A stretch of 64,000 nt of DNA from an uncultured Gemmatimonadota bacterium (lineage in GTDB: Bacteria; Blakebacterota; Blakebacteria; Blakebacterales; Blakebacteraceae), in contig CAZNUA010000002.1 of assembly GCA_964576115.1 (NCBI GenBank), positions 85,789-149,788 on the forward strand, written 5' to 3'. The first letter of the stretch is position 1, and each line of letters begins with the position of its first letter. Under the pieces are notes generated by a model. That model was given only the letters and a program-made list of their open reading frames with translations, was not told the origin of the DNA and ran no database searches. Both the position numbers and the translations under genes were made by a program. Shown piece by piece: positions 42,524-52,357 of this stretch.

Positions 42524-43777
42524 GTGACCCGCGCCTGGTGCAGATGCCGTTTCCTCCCGCTCACCGTCGGGCTCGCGTTCGTGATCCTGACTGCAATCGT
42601 GGTCCGGGTCGCGAGCCAGGAACCTCCGGTCGGGGTGACCGAACTCGAACGGCGTATCGGGGAGTTGCGCCAGCAGATCGACGAGGCCGAAGCCCGTATC
42701 ACCCGGCTGCGGGCCGATGAGGAAAGCCAGACCGAACTGCTCGAACAGCTCGGGCAGCAGATCTCGGCCGCCGAACAGCTCATCAACGCTCTGACCCGGC
42801 AGATCAGAGCCCGCTCGACCGAAGCCGACCGGTTGCGTCGCGAAATCGAGGCCCTGGGAGGTGAGATCGACCGGCTGCAGGAGGTCGTCGCCGCCTATAT
42901 CGTCGGGCTCTACACCCACGGCCGTCGCCGCCTGGTGCAGACCGTCCTCGAGGGAGGCCGTTTCAACGATATGATCCGCCGGCTCAAGGGAGTATCGATC
43001 ATTGCCCGTCGCCAGAGCGAGGACGTCGAGCGGCTCGGCCGGGTCCGGGCCGATCGGGTGGAGATGAACCGGCAGATCACCCGTACCCTGCGCCAGCTCG
43101 AGGAAAGCCGTACAGCCCAGCACCGTACTCGCACCGATCTGCAGACCGCCCGGGCCGAAGCCGAAGAGATCCTGACGGTTATCCGCCAGGATCAGGAACA
43201 GACCCGGACTCTGATGCAGCGGCAGCAGGCCGAACTGGCCGAGCTGATCCAGCGACTCCAGGCTGAACAGGAACGTCTGCGGCGCCAGGGGCGAGCGGCT
43301 TCGGGACCCATCGGCGGGTTCCCCGACATGCGGGGGCGCCTGCCCTGGCCGCTCTCGAGCCCCCGGGGCCGCGGTGAAATCGTCCTCGGTTTCGGCCGCC
43401 ATGTCGGTCGCGACCGGACGGTAACCCATAATCCGGGAATCGATATCCTGGCTCCTCCCGGATCCGATGCCAGCATCGTCGCCACCCACAACGGGATCGT
43501 CATCCATATCGGCTGGATGACCTTCCTGGGAACCATCATCGTGCTCGACCACGGTGACGGCTACGCCACCGTCTACACTAACGCCACCGACCCGAATCCG
43601 GCGGTCGGCGAGTGGGTGGGGGCCGGCTTCCCGATGGCCCTGCTGGGAACCGATATGACGCCGGCCAGCGGCGAGATCGAAGCCCTGAGCGGCATCACCC
43701 AGCCTCGCCTGCTGCGCTTCATCATCTACAGCGCCGGAGACGCGGTGGATCCAGCTCCCTGGCTGGGAGGGTACTGA
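42524..43777 (+). CDS. envC: EnvC-like coiled-coil protein with degenerate M23 domain
   Basis: Long coiled coil; GRLPWP; NPGID and VYTN lack the Zn-binding His residues; follows ftsEX. Confidence 0.85.
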   Translation: MTRAWCRCRFLPLTVGLAFVILTAIVVRVASQEPPVGVTELERRIGELRQQIDEAEARITRLRADEESQTELLEQLGQQISAAEQLINALTRQIRARSTEADRLRREIEALGGEIDRLQEVVAAYIVGLYTHGRRRLVQTVLEGGRFNDMIRRLKGVSIIARRQSEDVERLGRVRADRVEMNRQITRTLRQLEESRTAQHRTRTDLQTARAEAEEILTVIRQDQEQTRTLMQRQQAELAELIQRLQAEQERLRRQGRAASGPIGGFPDMRGRLPWPLSSPRGRGEIVLGFGRHVGRDRTVTHNPGIDILAPPGSDASIVATHNGIVIHIGWMTFLGTIIVLDHGDGYATVYTNATDPNPAVGEWVGAGFPMALLGTDMTPASGEIEALSGITQPRLLRFIIYSAGDAVDPAPWLGGY

Positions 43778-44943
43778 TGGCCGCCGGCCGGTTCCTGGAT
43801 CACGAACGTCCCCGGACCCTGCTCGAGAACGTCCTGCGAGCCGGTACCATGCCGCCGGCCTGGCTCTTCACCGGGCCGCACGGGGTCGGTAAAGAAGAAG
43901 CGGCGCTGGAGATGGCCATGGCCGTAAACTGCACCGCTTCTCTGCCCGGTCCCGGTCTCGACCTCTTCACCGCCCCGGCGGCGGAGGTGACCGAGCCGGG
44001 CCGGACCGGCGGAACCGAGCCGGGAGAGTACCGCCTCGGCGGTTGCCGGGTCTGTTCGAGCTGCGCCCGGATTGCGCGTTATGTCCATCCCGATGTCATC
44101 GTCCGCCTGCCCCTGCCGGCTACCAGGGGTAACCCGACACAGCCCTCGGATCCCAGCGAGGCTCTGGCCTTCAAGGCCGCCCATCCCTACCGCGATCCGG
44201 TCGTCACGGGGGGCAACCTGGCCATCCGGATCGCCGATGTGCGGGATGTCATCGCCAAACTCGGCCTGGCGCCGGTAGAGGGCGAGCGGCGGGTGGTCAT
44301 CTTCCGTGAAGCCGAGCTGATGACCGACGAGGCGCAGAACGCCCTGCTCAAATCGCTCGAGGAACCGCCGACCCACACGCTTTTCGTGCTCACCACCGAC
44401 CGGCCGCAGCGCCTGCTGCCCACCATCCGCTCGCGCTGCCGCACGGTATATTTCGGCCCCCTGAGCGCCGACGTCATCGCCGGGTGGCTGCGGGAGCGGG
44501 GGGTCGACAGCGAACTCGAGCACCTGCCGGCCCTGGCTCGGGGGAGCCTCAAACGGGCGCTGGATATCGCCGGGGGGCAGATTCCCGGGCGCAGCGAAGC
44601 CCTGCAGCTGCTCGAGTGGGCAGCGGCCGGAGAGCGGGTCAAGGCGTTGCGCTGGTCGGCCGAACAGACATTCCGGAGCGGGCAGGGAGCCCAGACAGTC
44701 GCCCGCGAGGTCGTGGCCGAACTGCTGAGCCTGATCCGCGATGTTGCTGCGTTGCAGAGCGGCGAAGAGGCCCTGCAGAATCCCGATCAGGCGGAATTGC
44801 TGCACCGGATGGCCGCCGCCCTCCCGCCCGAAGCCGGGCAGAAAGCCCTGGCTGTGACCCTGCAGGCATGCGGTGAGGTTGACAGCTTCGTCAATCTGGC
44901 CTTGATTTACGCCAGTCTCTACGAGGCGATCAGCCCCGCATGA
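43777..44943 (+). CDS. holB: DNA polymerase III delta' subunit
   Basis: GPHGVGK, CRVCSSC, HPD, QNALLKSLEEP and PTIRSRC. Confidence 0.92.
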   Translation: MAAGRFLDHERPRTLLENVLRAGTMPPAWLFTGPHGVGKEEAALEMAMAVNCTASLPGPGLDLFTAPAAEVTEPGRTGGTEPGEYRLGGCRVCSSCARIARYVHPDVIVRLPLPATRGNPTQPSDPSEALAFKAAHPYRDPVVTGGNLAIRIADVRDVIAKLGLAPVEGERRVVIFREAELMTDEAQNALLKSLEEPPTHTLFVLTTDRPQRLLPTIRSRCRTVYFGPLSADVIAGWLRERGVDSELEHLPALARGSLKRALDIAGGQIPGRSEALQLLEWAAAGERVKALRWSAEQTFRSGQGAQTVAREVVAELLSLIRDVAALQSGEEALQNPDQAELLHRMAAALPPEAGQKALAVTLQACGEVDSFVNLALIYASLYEAISPA

Positions 44944-44958
44944 CCATCATTCTCGACC

Positions 44959-46536
44959 GTGGTGCGCACTGTGGACACTGATGCAACCGGACGCTTTTAC
45001 GTCACGACGCCGATCTACTACGTCAACGGCACGCCTCATATCGGCCATGCCTATACGACCATCCTGGCCGATGTGCTGACCAGGTACCACCGCCTGTTCG
45101 GCGAGAGCACCTGGTTCCTGACCGGGACCGACGAGCACGGTCTCAAGGTTCAACAGGCGGCCGAGGCCGCGGGCATGGAGCCGAAGGCCTACTGCGACTC
45201 GATGGTGGGACGGTTCGTCGCGCTCTGGGACACCCTGCACATCCGCTACGATCGCTTTATCCGGACCACCGATCCCGACCACGTGGCCTGCGTGCAGGAA
45301 ATCCTGAAGCAGCTCTATGATGCCGGCGAGATCTACTCCGCGTCCTATCAGGGGTGGTACTGCGTGCCCGACGAACGGTTCTGGACCGAGAAGGACCTGG
45401 TCGACGGCAACTGCCCCGACTGCGGCCGGCCGGTGATCGAACTCGAGGAGGAGAACTATTTCTTCCGGATGAGCGCCTATCGGGAGTGGCTGATCGAACA
45501 CATAGAAGCCGAACCGGATTTCATCTTTCCCGAAAGCCGGCGCAACGAGGTTCTCGGCTTCCTGCGCCAGGGTCTGGGGGATCTGTGCATCAGCCGGCCG
45601 AAAAGCCGCCTGGAGTGGGGCATTCCGCTCCCCTTCGACCCCGAGTATGTGACCTACGTCTGGTTCGATGCCCTCCTGAACTACATCACAGCGGTCCGCG
45701 AGATTTCCCCCCCCGAGGGTGAAACGGCATGGTGGCCGGCCGACCTGCACCTTATCGGCAAAGACATCGTCACCACTCACTGCGTCTACTGGCCGACCAT
45801 GCTCCGGGCGGCCGGCCTGCCGCTGCCCCGGCGCATAGCCGCTCACGGCTGGTGGCTGGTGGAAGAGGAGAAGATGTCGAAGAGCCGGGGGAATGTGGTC
45901 CGGCCGCTCGAGCTGGCCGAGCGTTACGGGATCGACGCTTTCCGTTTCTTCCTCATGCGCGAGATGACGGTGGGGCTCGACCGCTCCTTCAGCGAGGTCG
46001 ATCTCATCCAGCGCTACAACAGCGATCTGGCCAACGATCTCGGCAACGCCCTGAACCGGGTCACCACCATGATCGGTCGCTACCGGTCGGGACAGCTTCC
46101 CGCTCCGGCCGAATCGGGAGCCGAGGAAGACGAGCTCGAGAAAGTCGCGATCCGCACGACCGACCGGGTCCGCAGGGAAATCGAAGAACTCGCCCTTGCG
46201 GCCGCCCTGGACGAGATCATGACGCTGGTGCGGGCCGTTAACCGCTACCTCGAGAGTCGGGCGCCATGGCAGCTGGCCCGGGATGAAGCAGCGGCCGCTC
46301 TTCTGGATACCGTCCTCTATACCTCGGCCGAAGCCCTCCGACTGGCCGGCACCCTGCTCGAGCCGGTCATGCCGACCCGTATGGCGACTCTGCTCGAACA
46401 GCTCGGTTCGGCCCCGGCCGAGGGCGAGGATTTCGTCTCCCGCACGCGCTGGGGGAGTCTGACTCCCGGTACCGCGGTTCCGGGCGGAGAGGGTCTCTTC
46501 CCGCGCCTGGAGATGCCCGAGGAGCTGGCCGGTTGA
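44959..46536 (+). CDS. metG: methionyl-tRNA synthetase, short form without the C-terminal tRNA-binding domain
   Basis: TTPIYYVN, HIGH, GTDEHG, YVWFDAL and KMSKS. Confidence 0.97.
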   Translation: MVRTVDTDATGRFYVTTPIYYVNGTPHIGHAYTTILADVLTRYHRLFGESTWFLTGTDEHGLKVQQAAEAAGMEPKAYCDSMVGRFVALWDTLHIRYDRFIRTTDPDHVACVQEILKQLYDAGEIYSASYQGWYCVPDERFWTEKDLVDGNCPDCGRPVIELEEENYFFRMSAYREWLIEHIEAEPDFIFPESRRNEVLGFLRQGLGDLCISRPKSRLEWGIPLPFDPEYVTYVWFDALLNYITAVREISPPEGETAWWPADLHLIGKDIVTTHCVYWPTMLRAAGLPLPRRIAAHGWWLVEEEKMSKSRGNVVRPLELAERYGIDAFRFFLMREMTVGLDRSFSEVDLIQRYNSDLANDLGNALNRVTTMIGRYRSGQLPAPAESGAEEDELEKVAIRTTDRVRREIEELALAAALDEIMTLVRAVNRYLESRAPWQLARDEAAAALLDTVLYTSAEALRLAGTLLEPVMPTRMATLLEQLGSAPAEGEDFVSRTRWGSLTPGTAVPGGEGLFPRLEMPEELAG

Positions 46537-47318
46537 CATTCGTCGATACCCATGCCCACCTCTGGTGGGAAGATTTCGATCCCGATCGCGAAGCGGTCCT
46601 TACCCGGGCCCGATCGGCCGGCGTGGCGGCGATCCTCAACCTGGGCACCGATCTCGAAACCAGCCGGGCCGCCGTGGCCCTGGCTGAATCCTCCGATCTC
46701 TGCTGGGCTGCAGTGGGCTTCCATCCCAACGATGCCGACGCCTGGGCGGACGATCCCGAAGCGGCACGAGGCGCCCTCATCGAATTGACCGCTCATCCCC
46801 GCGTGGTGGCGATCGGCGAGAGCGGCCTCGATTTCTACCGCGACCGGGTGGGGGCCGAACGGCAGCAAGCTGCTCTCGAGGCGCACTTCGCGCTGGCCCG
46901 CACAACCTCCCTGCCGATCATCCTGCACAACCGGGAGGCCTCGACCGAACTGCAGTCGTCGCTCGAACAACTCGACGAGGGCGTGACCGCGATCCTGCAT
47001 TGCTTCACCGGCCCGGCGGCCTTCGGGAACTGGGCGATCGAGCGGGGGCACTATCTCGGTCTGGGTGGTGTCTTCACCTTCCCCTCGAGCGATCTGCGCG
47101 CCGTCGTCGGGCAGTGGAATCCCGACCATCTGTTGCTCGAAACCGACGCCCCTTTCCTCGCCCCCGTTCCCCATCGCGGTCAGCGGAACGAACCGGCCTT
47201 CGTGGTCGATACCGCCCGGGCCGTGGCTGCAGCGCTCGGGATGGAGCTGGACAAACTGGCCGCGCTGACAAGCGCCAATGCCCGGCGGGTTCTGGGGCTG
47301 CCGTCCGAAGTGTCATGA
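46533..47318 (+). CDS. tatD: TatD family hydrolase
   Basis: DTHAH, GFHP, IGESGLD, LHNR, LHCF and ETDAPFL. TTG start. Confidence 0.95.
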   Translation: MTFVDTHAHLWWEDFDPDREAVLTRARSAGVAAILNLGTDLETSRAAVALAESSDLCWAAVGFHPNDADAWADDPEAARGALIELTAHPRVVAIGESGLDFYRDRVGAERQQAALEAHFALARTTSLPIILHNREASTELQSSLEQLDEGVTAILHCFTGPAAFGNWAIERGHYLGLGGVFTFPSSDLRAVVGQWNPDHLLLETDAPFLAPVPHRGQRNEPAFVVDTARAVAAALGMELDKLAALTSANARRVLGLPSEVS

Positions 47319-48127
47319 GCGCCCGGCGCCCGCCCCCCCTCGGGCAGCACTTCCTGCATGACCGGGCTGTGGCCCGCAGGATCGTCGAGGCGCTCGAGCC
47401 CGGGGATGCGGCAGTCCTCGAGATCGGCCCGGGACGGGGTATCCTGACCGAAAATCTGGCCGGTCGCTGCCGGCGCCTGGTGGCGGTCGAGATAGACACG
47501 GGCCTGGTCGACGCCCTGCGTGCGAACCCGGCTCTGGCCGGGGTCGAGATCGTGAGCGGCGATATTCTCAACCGTCCCCTGCCCGACTGGATCCCCGGCG
47601 AGAGCGAACCCTTTTTGCTGATCGGCAACCTGCCCTATGCGATCACCGCTCCGATCCTCTTTGCGTACTGCGCTGCGGCCGGGCGTATCGAGCGGGCTGT
47701 TCTGATGATGCAGCGGGAGGTGGCCCGGCGCGTGACGGCCCCGCCGGGAAGCCGGACCTACGGTGTCGTGAGTGTCGCGTCCGCCCTGGTAGCCGAGCGC
47801 GAGATGCTGTTCACGCTCGGTACCGGCGCTTTCTCGCCCCCCCCGCGGGTGGAATCGGCGGTGGTACGTTTCCGGCGACTCGCCGAACCTCTCACCGCCC
47901 GCCCCGGTACGCCCGGCTTCGACCGGGTCATGCGGGTGGTCCGCGCCGCCTTCAGCCAGCGCCGCAAGAAACTGCGCAACAGCCTGGCGGCCGGACTCGA
48001 GCTTCGAGAGAGTACCGAACAGGCAATCGCCGCAGCCGGACTCGACCTCGACCGGCGGGCCGAAACGCTCTCACCCGAGGAGTTCTGTACCCTCGCGGCT
48101 GTGATCGAGGCATCCGGGGGTGTATGA
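47315..48127 (+). CDS. rsmA: 16S rRNA dimethyltransferase KsgA
   Basis: LGQHFL, EIGPGRG, NLPY, QREVARR, PPPRVES and RRKKLRN. Confidence 0.95.
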   Translation: MSARRPPPLGQHFLHDRAVARRIVEALEPGDAAVLEIGPGRGILTENLAGRCRRLVAVEIDTGLVDALRANPALAGVEIVSGDILNRPLPDWIPGESEPFLLIGNLPYAITAPILFAYCAAAGRIERAVLMMQREVARRVTAPPGSRTYGVVSVASALVAEREMLFTLGTGAFSPPPRVESAVVRFRRLAEPLTARPGTPGFDRVMRVVRAAFSQRRKKLRNSLAAGLELRESTEQAIAAAGLDLDRRAETLSPEEFCTLAAVIEASGGV

Positions 48128-48159
48128 TGACTGGTCCTTTCCGGTAAAGGAGTACAACC

Positions 48160-49269
48160 ATGTCCGGACTATCCGGTTCGATTGCGGACGCCTGGAAAGC
48201 CCCCCGGTTGGGTTTGAGCGGGAAGAAGATGTGGGTTGTCCTGCGCTCGCTGCTGCTGGCCCTGCCCGCTTTCGTGATCCCCGCCTATGCCGCCTGGTAT
48301 CACTCCGGCTATGCCCCGCTCCCGGTCTGGAACCTCTACCGGTTCTTCCCGCCGCCCCCGCCCAGTACGGAGCTGGGAGCCAACCTGCTCTGGAACGGCG
48401 GTTGTGTGCTGGCCCTGTTCATTGTTCTCATCGGTGCCACCGGCGTAGCCCGGATCACCTACCGGCAGTTCAAAGGTGACAATTTCTACGGCCGGACCGA
48501 GGGGTGGCGCTTTGCTCTGGCCCACGGGCGCAACACCCTGGGAGCCCCGTTCATCATCGGCCTGCTGCTGCTCCTGACGGTCGGGCTGCTGGCACTCCTG
48601 GGTGCCGTCGCTGCGATCCCGGCCGCCGGACCGATCGTGCTGGCCCTTTCCCTGGTACCGGCCTTCTTCCTGGCCCTGTTCGGGATCTATCTCCTGCTCG
48701 CTCTGGGAGTGAGTTTCCTCTACGCCCCGGCCATTGTCGGCTGTACCGGCGAAGACGCCATCGAAGGGGCGATCCAGACCTTCAGCCTGCTCTGGACAAT
48801 CCCGTGGCGCACGGCCGTGACGACCGGCGCCGCGATCTTCTCGACCGCCATCGCCGGGTGGGTTCTGGTGACGGGGGCTCTGATCGCCTGGTCGCTGATG
48901 CGCTCGATCGCCGGCGGGGTCATGGGAAGTGTGTGGAACACCATCGAGGTGGGAGCTCTGACGTACCTGCCCTTTACGGATGTCATGACCGGGGCGCGGT
49001 ACGGCCTGTGGCCCGAGCCGCTGGTCGATCTGCTGCCGACGGCGACCATGATGGCGCCGCAGCCGCAGGGGTTGGAGGCCCTGGCCGCCTTCCTGGCCGG
49101 AATCGCCCTCCTGCTGGTGCTGGGGGTTTTACTGGCCTACCTGCTCAGCAGCCTGTTCAGCGGTCTGACAGCCGGCTGGCTGGTCCTGCGGCGGAACAAG
49201 GACGGCGAGGACCTGCTTGCCTGGCAGGACGATATCGACCTGCTCGAGGACGCGGAACCGGCTGCATGA
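48160..49269 (+). CDS. hypothetical multi-pass membrane protein
   Basis: SD AAGGAG; about 6-7 hydrophobic segments; stop overlaps the rdgB start. Confidence 0.75.
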   Translation: MSGLSGSIADAWKAPRLGLSGKKMWVVLRSLLLALPAFVIPAYAAWYHSGYAPLPVWNLYRFFPPPPPSTELGANLLWNGGCVLALFIVLIGATGVARITYRQFKGDNFYGRTEGWRFALAHGRNTLGAPFIIGLLLLLTVGLLALLGAVAAIPAAGPIVLALSLVPAFFLALFGIYLLLALGVSFLYAPAIVGCTGEDAIEGAIQTFSLLWTIPWRTAVTTGAAIFSTAIAGWVLVTGALIAWSLMRSIAGGVMGSVWNTIEVGALTYLPFTDVMTGARYGLWPEPLVDLLPTATMMAPQPQGLEALAAFLAGIALLLVLGVLLAYLLSSLFSGLTAGWLVLRRNKDGEDLLAWQDDIDLLEDAEPAA

Positions 49270-49889
49270 ACGGACTGCCGACCGTCATCCTGGCCACCGG
49301 GAACCAGAACAAGGCCGAAGAGATCCGGTCGCTGCTCGCCGATGTGCCGGTCACGATCCTCTCCCTGGCCGACCTGGGGCTCAAACTCGACATCGAAGAG
49401 AGCGGCGCCAGCTATACCGAGAACGCATTACTCAAGGCGCGTACCGCCGCCGCTGCCGCCGGTCGGGCGGCCATGGCCGACGATTCAGGACTCGAGGTGA
49501 CGGCCCTGGACGGAGCGCCCGGTATCATCAGCTCGCGCTTCGCCGGGGCCGAGGCGACCGACCGGGAGAACAACGCCCTGCTCCTGCGCCGCCTGGCCGA
49601 GGTGCCCGATCCGCACCGCACCGCCCGATTTGTCTGCACCGCGGTCCTGGTCGGTCCCGGGACGACCTCGGGCGAGGAGATCGTCTGCACCGGGGAGTGG
49701 CACGGAACGATCACGCACGAGATGCGCGGGGAGACCGGCTTCGGGTACGATCCCCTCTTCCTGATCCCCGACGAGGGTCGGACGGTGGCCGAACTGGGCC
49801 CGGCCTACAAACAGCAGCACTCGCACCGGTCCCGGGCGTTCCGGGCGCTGGCGCCGTATCTGGAGGCTTTGTACCGGCCGGAGCAGTGA
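49266..49889 (+). CDS. rdgB: non-canonical purine NTP pyrophosphatase
   Basis: ATGNQNK, ENALLKA, ADDSGL, GFGYDPLF and SHR. Confidence 0.95.
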   Translation: MNGLPTVILATGNQNKAEEIRSLLADVPVTILSLADLGLKLDIEESGASYTENALLKARTAAAAAGRAAMADDSGLEVTALDGAPGIISSRFAGAEATDRENNALLLRRLAEVPDPHRTARFVCTAVLVGPGTTSGEEIVCTGEWHGTITHEMRGETGFGYDPLFLIPDEGRTVAELGPAYKQQHSHRSRAFRALAPYLEALYRPEQ

Positions 49890-49911
49890 CTACATTGACC
49901 GCCTGAGATTC

Positions 49912-49988
49912 CGGGGCGTGGCGCAGTCCGGTAGCGCACCTGCTTTGGGAGCAGGACGTCGCCGGTTCAAATCCGGCCGCCCCGACCA
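49912..49988 (+). tRNA. tRNA-Pro(TGG)
   Basis: Acceptor CGGGGCG/CGCCCCG; anticodon arm CCTGC-TTTGGGA-GCAGG; GTTCAAATC; CCA end. Confidence 0.97.
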
Positions 49989-50008
49989 GTTTCTCCCCGC
50001 CGCCGGTT

Positions 50009-50644
50009 CTATTTCCAGATGCGGTTTCCGAGCCAGGCGCCCAGGGTGCTCAGACCGGTGAAGGCGGCGAACCCCCGCCAGTCGTACAGCTCGTTCAGGT
50101 GGGTCCAGTAGGCCATACCGGCCAGGCCGCCGGCCAGCGACGTCAGGTAGGTTTTGAGGAAATCGCCTTTCATCGGGCTGATGTTCCGTACACCGCGGGT
50201 GGCGAAGAGGGGAGTGAGTCCGTTGTAGAACAGGACGTTGTAGACCACCTCGCCGTTGATGATTCGATCGCGCTCGTTGGACCCTTCGTTCCAGAGCCAG
50301 TTGGCCTTGCTGAAGTCGGTGTGGTAGTGCGTGATCATATCGGCGCACCAGCCGTAAAACATACCGATCACCGAGCCGAGCCAGGCCCGGCCCAGCTCCC
50401 AGTCCCCGCGACGCCACTGATACGGGGCGCCCGGAACTCCGGACCCGGTCCCGAGGGCGGGCCGGAGTATACCGCCCGGCCGGGAGTTGCGAGCCGCCAG
50501 GGCGAGCGGTCCGTACGCAGCCGCCTGCAGACCGACCGTCACCGAGGTCTGCGGAACGGTCGGCCCGATTGCGGTCTGGGCCGAAAGAGAACAGGGAAGG
50601 GCCAGGAGAAGCAGCAGGCTACAGAATAGACGCAGGGTTCTCAT
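50009..50644 (-). CDS. hypothetical exported/membrane protein
   Basis: Signal peptide (SLSA-Q); hydrophobic C-terminal segments; convergent with tRNA-Pro. Confidence 0.6.
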   Translation of the reverse strand: MRTLRLFCSLLLLLALPCSLSAQTAIGPTVPQTSVTVGLQAAAYGPLALAARNSRPGGILRPALGTGSGVPGAPYQWRRGDWELGRAWLGSVIGMFYGWCADMITHYHTDFSKANWLWNEGSNERDRIINGEVVYNVLFYNGLTPLFATRGVRNISPMKGDFLKTYLTSLAGGLAGMAYWTHLNELYDWRGFAAFTGLSTLGAWLGNRIWK

Positions 50645-50922
50645 CAGACGCGGTTCCCTCCACTCAGAGAGTGCTTCGGACCACAGGAAAAACGCAACCG
50701 GGACCGAGGTGTTTACAGATTAGGGAGCGAGGACGTTTCCTGCAAGAGGGTGCTGAACCCTATCGGCCCGGATATCATGGTTGCACCGGGACGACCGGTA
50801 TGACATTTTTTATTTTCTGTCTCTTCCTGGTGTGGATCGCCGGAAGCCGTCGGAATGCGGTCCGACGCATTGCCGGCGCCCGCGAGCCCGGCGCGAGCAG
50901 AGAGGCGTGTGCGGAGTACCCG

Positions 50923-51000
50923 GCGCCTGTAGCTCAGTCTGGATAGAGCAGTGGACTTCTAATCCACCGGTCGCAGGTTCAAATCCTGCCAGGCGCGCCA
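50923..51000 (+). tRNA. tRNA-Arg(TCT)
   Basis: GCGCCTG/CAGGCGC; GTGGA-CTTCTAA-TCCAC; CCA end. Confidence 0.97.
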
Positions 51001-51013
51001 TTGCATGGTGCAC

Positions 51014-51091
51014 GGAGAGAGTAGCTCAGGCGGTTAGAGCACCAGGTTGTGGCCCTGGGGGTCGGGGGTTCAAATCCCCTCTCTCTCCCCA
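51014..51091 (+). tRNA. tRNA-His(GTG)
   Basis: G-1:C73; GAGAGAG/CTCTCTC; CCAGG-TTGTGGC-CCTGG; CCA end. Confidence 0.96.
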
Positions 51092-51097
51092 TACAAC

Positions 51098-51172
51098 GTC
51101 CCCATCGTCCAGTGGTCAGGACACCGGGCTTTCAATCCGGAAACGGGGGTTCAATTCCCCCTGGGGACACCA
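51098..51172 (+). tRNA. tRNA-Glu(TTC)
   Basis: GTCCCCA/TGGGGAC; CCGGG-CTTTCAA-TCCGG; CCA end. Confidence 0.96.
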
Positions 51173-51189
51173 ACAACAACCTACCCACC

Positions 51190-51217
51190 CCCCGCCCGTA
51201 CCGGGCGGGGTTCGTCT
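51190..51217 (+). terminator. GC hairpin after the tRNA cluster (weak U tail)
   Basis: CCCCGCCCG-TAC-CGGGCGGGG followed by TTCGTCT. Confidence 0.45.
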
Positions 51218-51235
51218 CAAGAAGAAGGAACCGGT

Positions 51236-52357
51236 ATGCCTGTTACTCCTGAAGACGTTCTCAAAACCCTGTCGGCCATCAGGGATCCCGACCTCGGCAA
51301 AGATATCGTCACCCTCGGATTCGTGAAGGATCTCGCCATCGACGAGGGCCGGGTTTCTTTCACCATCGAACTCACCACTCCCGCCTGTCCGGCCAAGGAG
51401 ACTTTTCAGGAGACAGCGACCGAACTCGTCGGTGCCCTCGAGGGAGTCGAGGAGGTCGATGTCACAATGACCTCCCGGGCACCTCAGCCCCATCGGCCTC
51501 CCGACACACCGCCGGACATCCTCCCCGAGGTGGCCCACATCATCGCCGTCGCGAGCGGCAAGGGCGGGGTCGGCAAATCCACCGTGGCGGCCAATCTGGC
51601 CCTGGCCCTGGCTGCCGATGGAGCCCGGGTCGGTCTGCTCGACGCCGATATCTACGGGCCGAGCCAGCCGATCATGTTCGGGCTCAAGGAACAGCCCCAG
51701 GCAACCGCCGACCGCAAGATCCTCCCGCTCGAGAAGTACGGCCTCAAGCTGATGTCGCTCGGGTTTATCGCCGATGAGCGGATGCCGGTGATCTGGCGCG
51801 GTCCCCTGGTCGGCAAGATGGTCCAGGAGTTCCTGGCCAATGTCGAGTGGGGGGAACTCGATTACCTCATCGTGGACCTGCCCCCGGGAACCGGTGACGC
51901 CCAGCTGACCCTGGTACAGAGTGCACCTCTCTCGGGAGCGGTCATCGTGACGACCCCCCAGGAAGTCGCCCTGGAAGATGTCGTGCGGGCGCTGAGGATG
52001 TTTCAGCGGGTCAATGTACACATCCTGGGCCTGGTCGAGAACATGGCCTATTTCATCTGCGACGAGTGCGGGAAGCGGCATGACATTTTCTCCTCCGGAG
52101 GCGGCCGGGCGGCAGCTGAAGATCTCGGGATTCCCTTCGTGGGCGAAATCCCCCTCGAGGCTGCGGTCTGCGAGGGAGGAGACGCCGGTACCCCTGCGGT
52201 CGCCGCCGATCCCGGATCGGCGGTCGCCGCGGCTTTTACCGAGATCGCCCGGTCGGTTGCCGCCAACACGAGCATCGCGACCATGAAAGAGAATGTCAGC
52301 CAGCGCGAGCTGGCCGACATTTCGGATAAACGACGGGAGACGGAAGAGGATTCATGA
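51236..52357 (+). CDS. mrp: Mrp/ApbC Fe-S cluster carrier ATPase with DUF59 N-domain
   Basis: DPDLGKDIV, TTPACP, GKGGVGKST, DADIYGPS, DLPPGTGD and ENM..CDEC. Confidence 0.95.
   Translation: MPVTPEDVLKTLSAIRDPDLGKDIVTLGFVKDLAIDEGRVSFTIELTTPACPAKETFQETATELVGALEGVEEVDVTMTSRAPQPHRPPDTPPDILPEVAHIIAVASGKGGVGKSTVAANLALALAADGARVGLLDADIYGPSQPIMFGLKEQPQATADRKILPLEKYGLKLMSLGFIADERMPVIWRGPLVGKMVQEFLANVEWGELDYLIVDLPPGTGDAQLTLVQSAPLSGAVIVTTPQEVALEDVVRALRMFQRVNVHILGLVENMAYFICDECGKRHDIFSSGGGRAAAEDLGIPFVGEIPLEAAVCEGGDAGTPAVAADPGSAVAAAFTEIARSVAANTSIATMKENVSQRELADISDKRRETEEDS

Noticed and set aside
42524-43777. M23 domain lacking Zn-binding His residues
   Set aside because: This is the expected state for EnvC-type amidase activators next to ftsEX.
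44959-46536. MetRS without the C-terminal dimerisation domain
   Set aside because: Short monomeric MetRS forms are well known.
50781-51326. ORFs overlapping the tRNA cluster, including the 51047 extension of mrp
   Set aside because: The region is explained by three complete tRNAs; mrp starts at ATG 51236.
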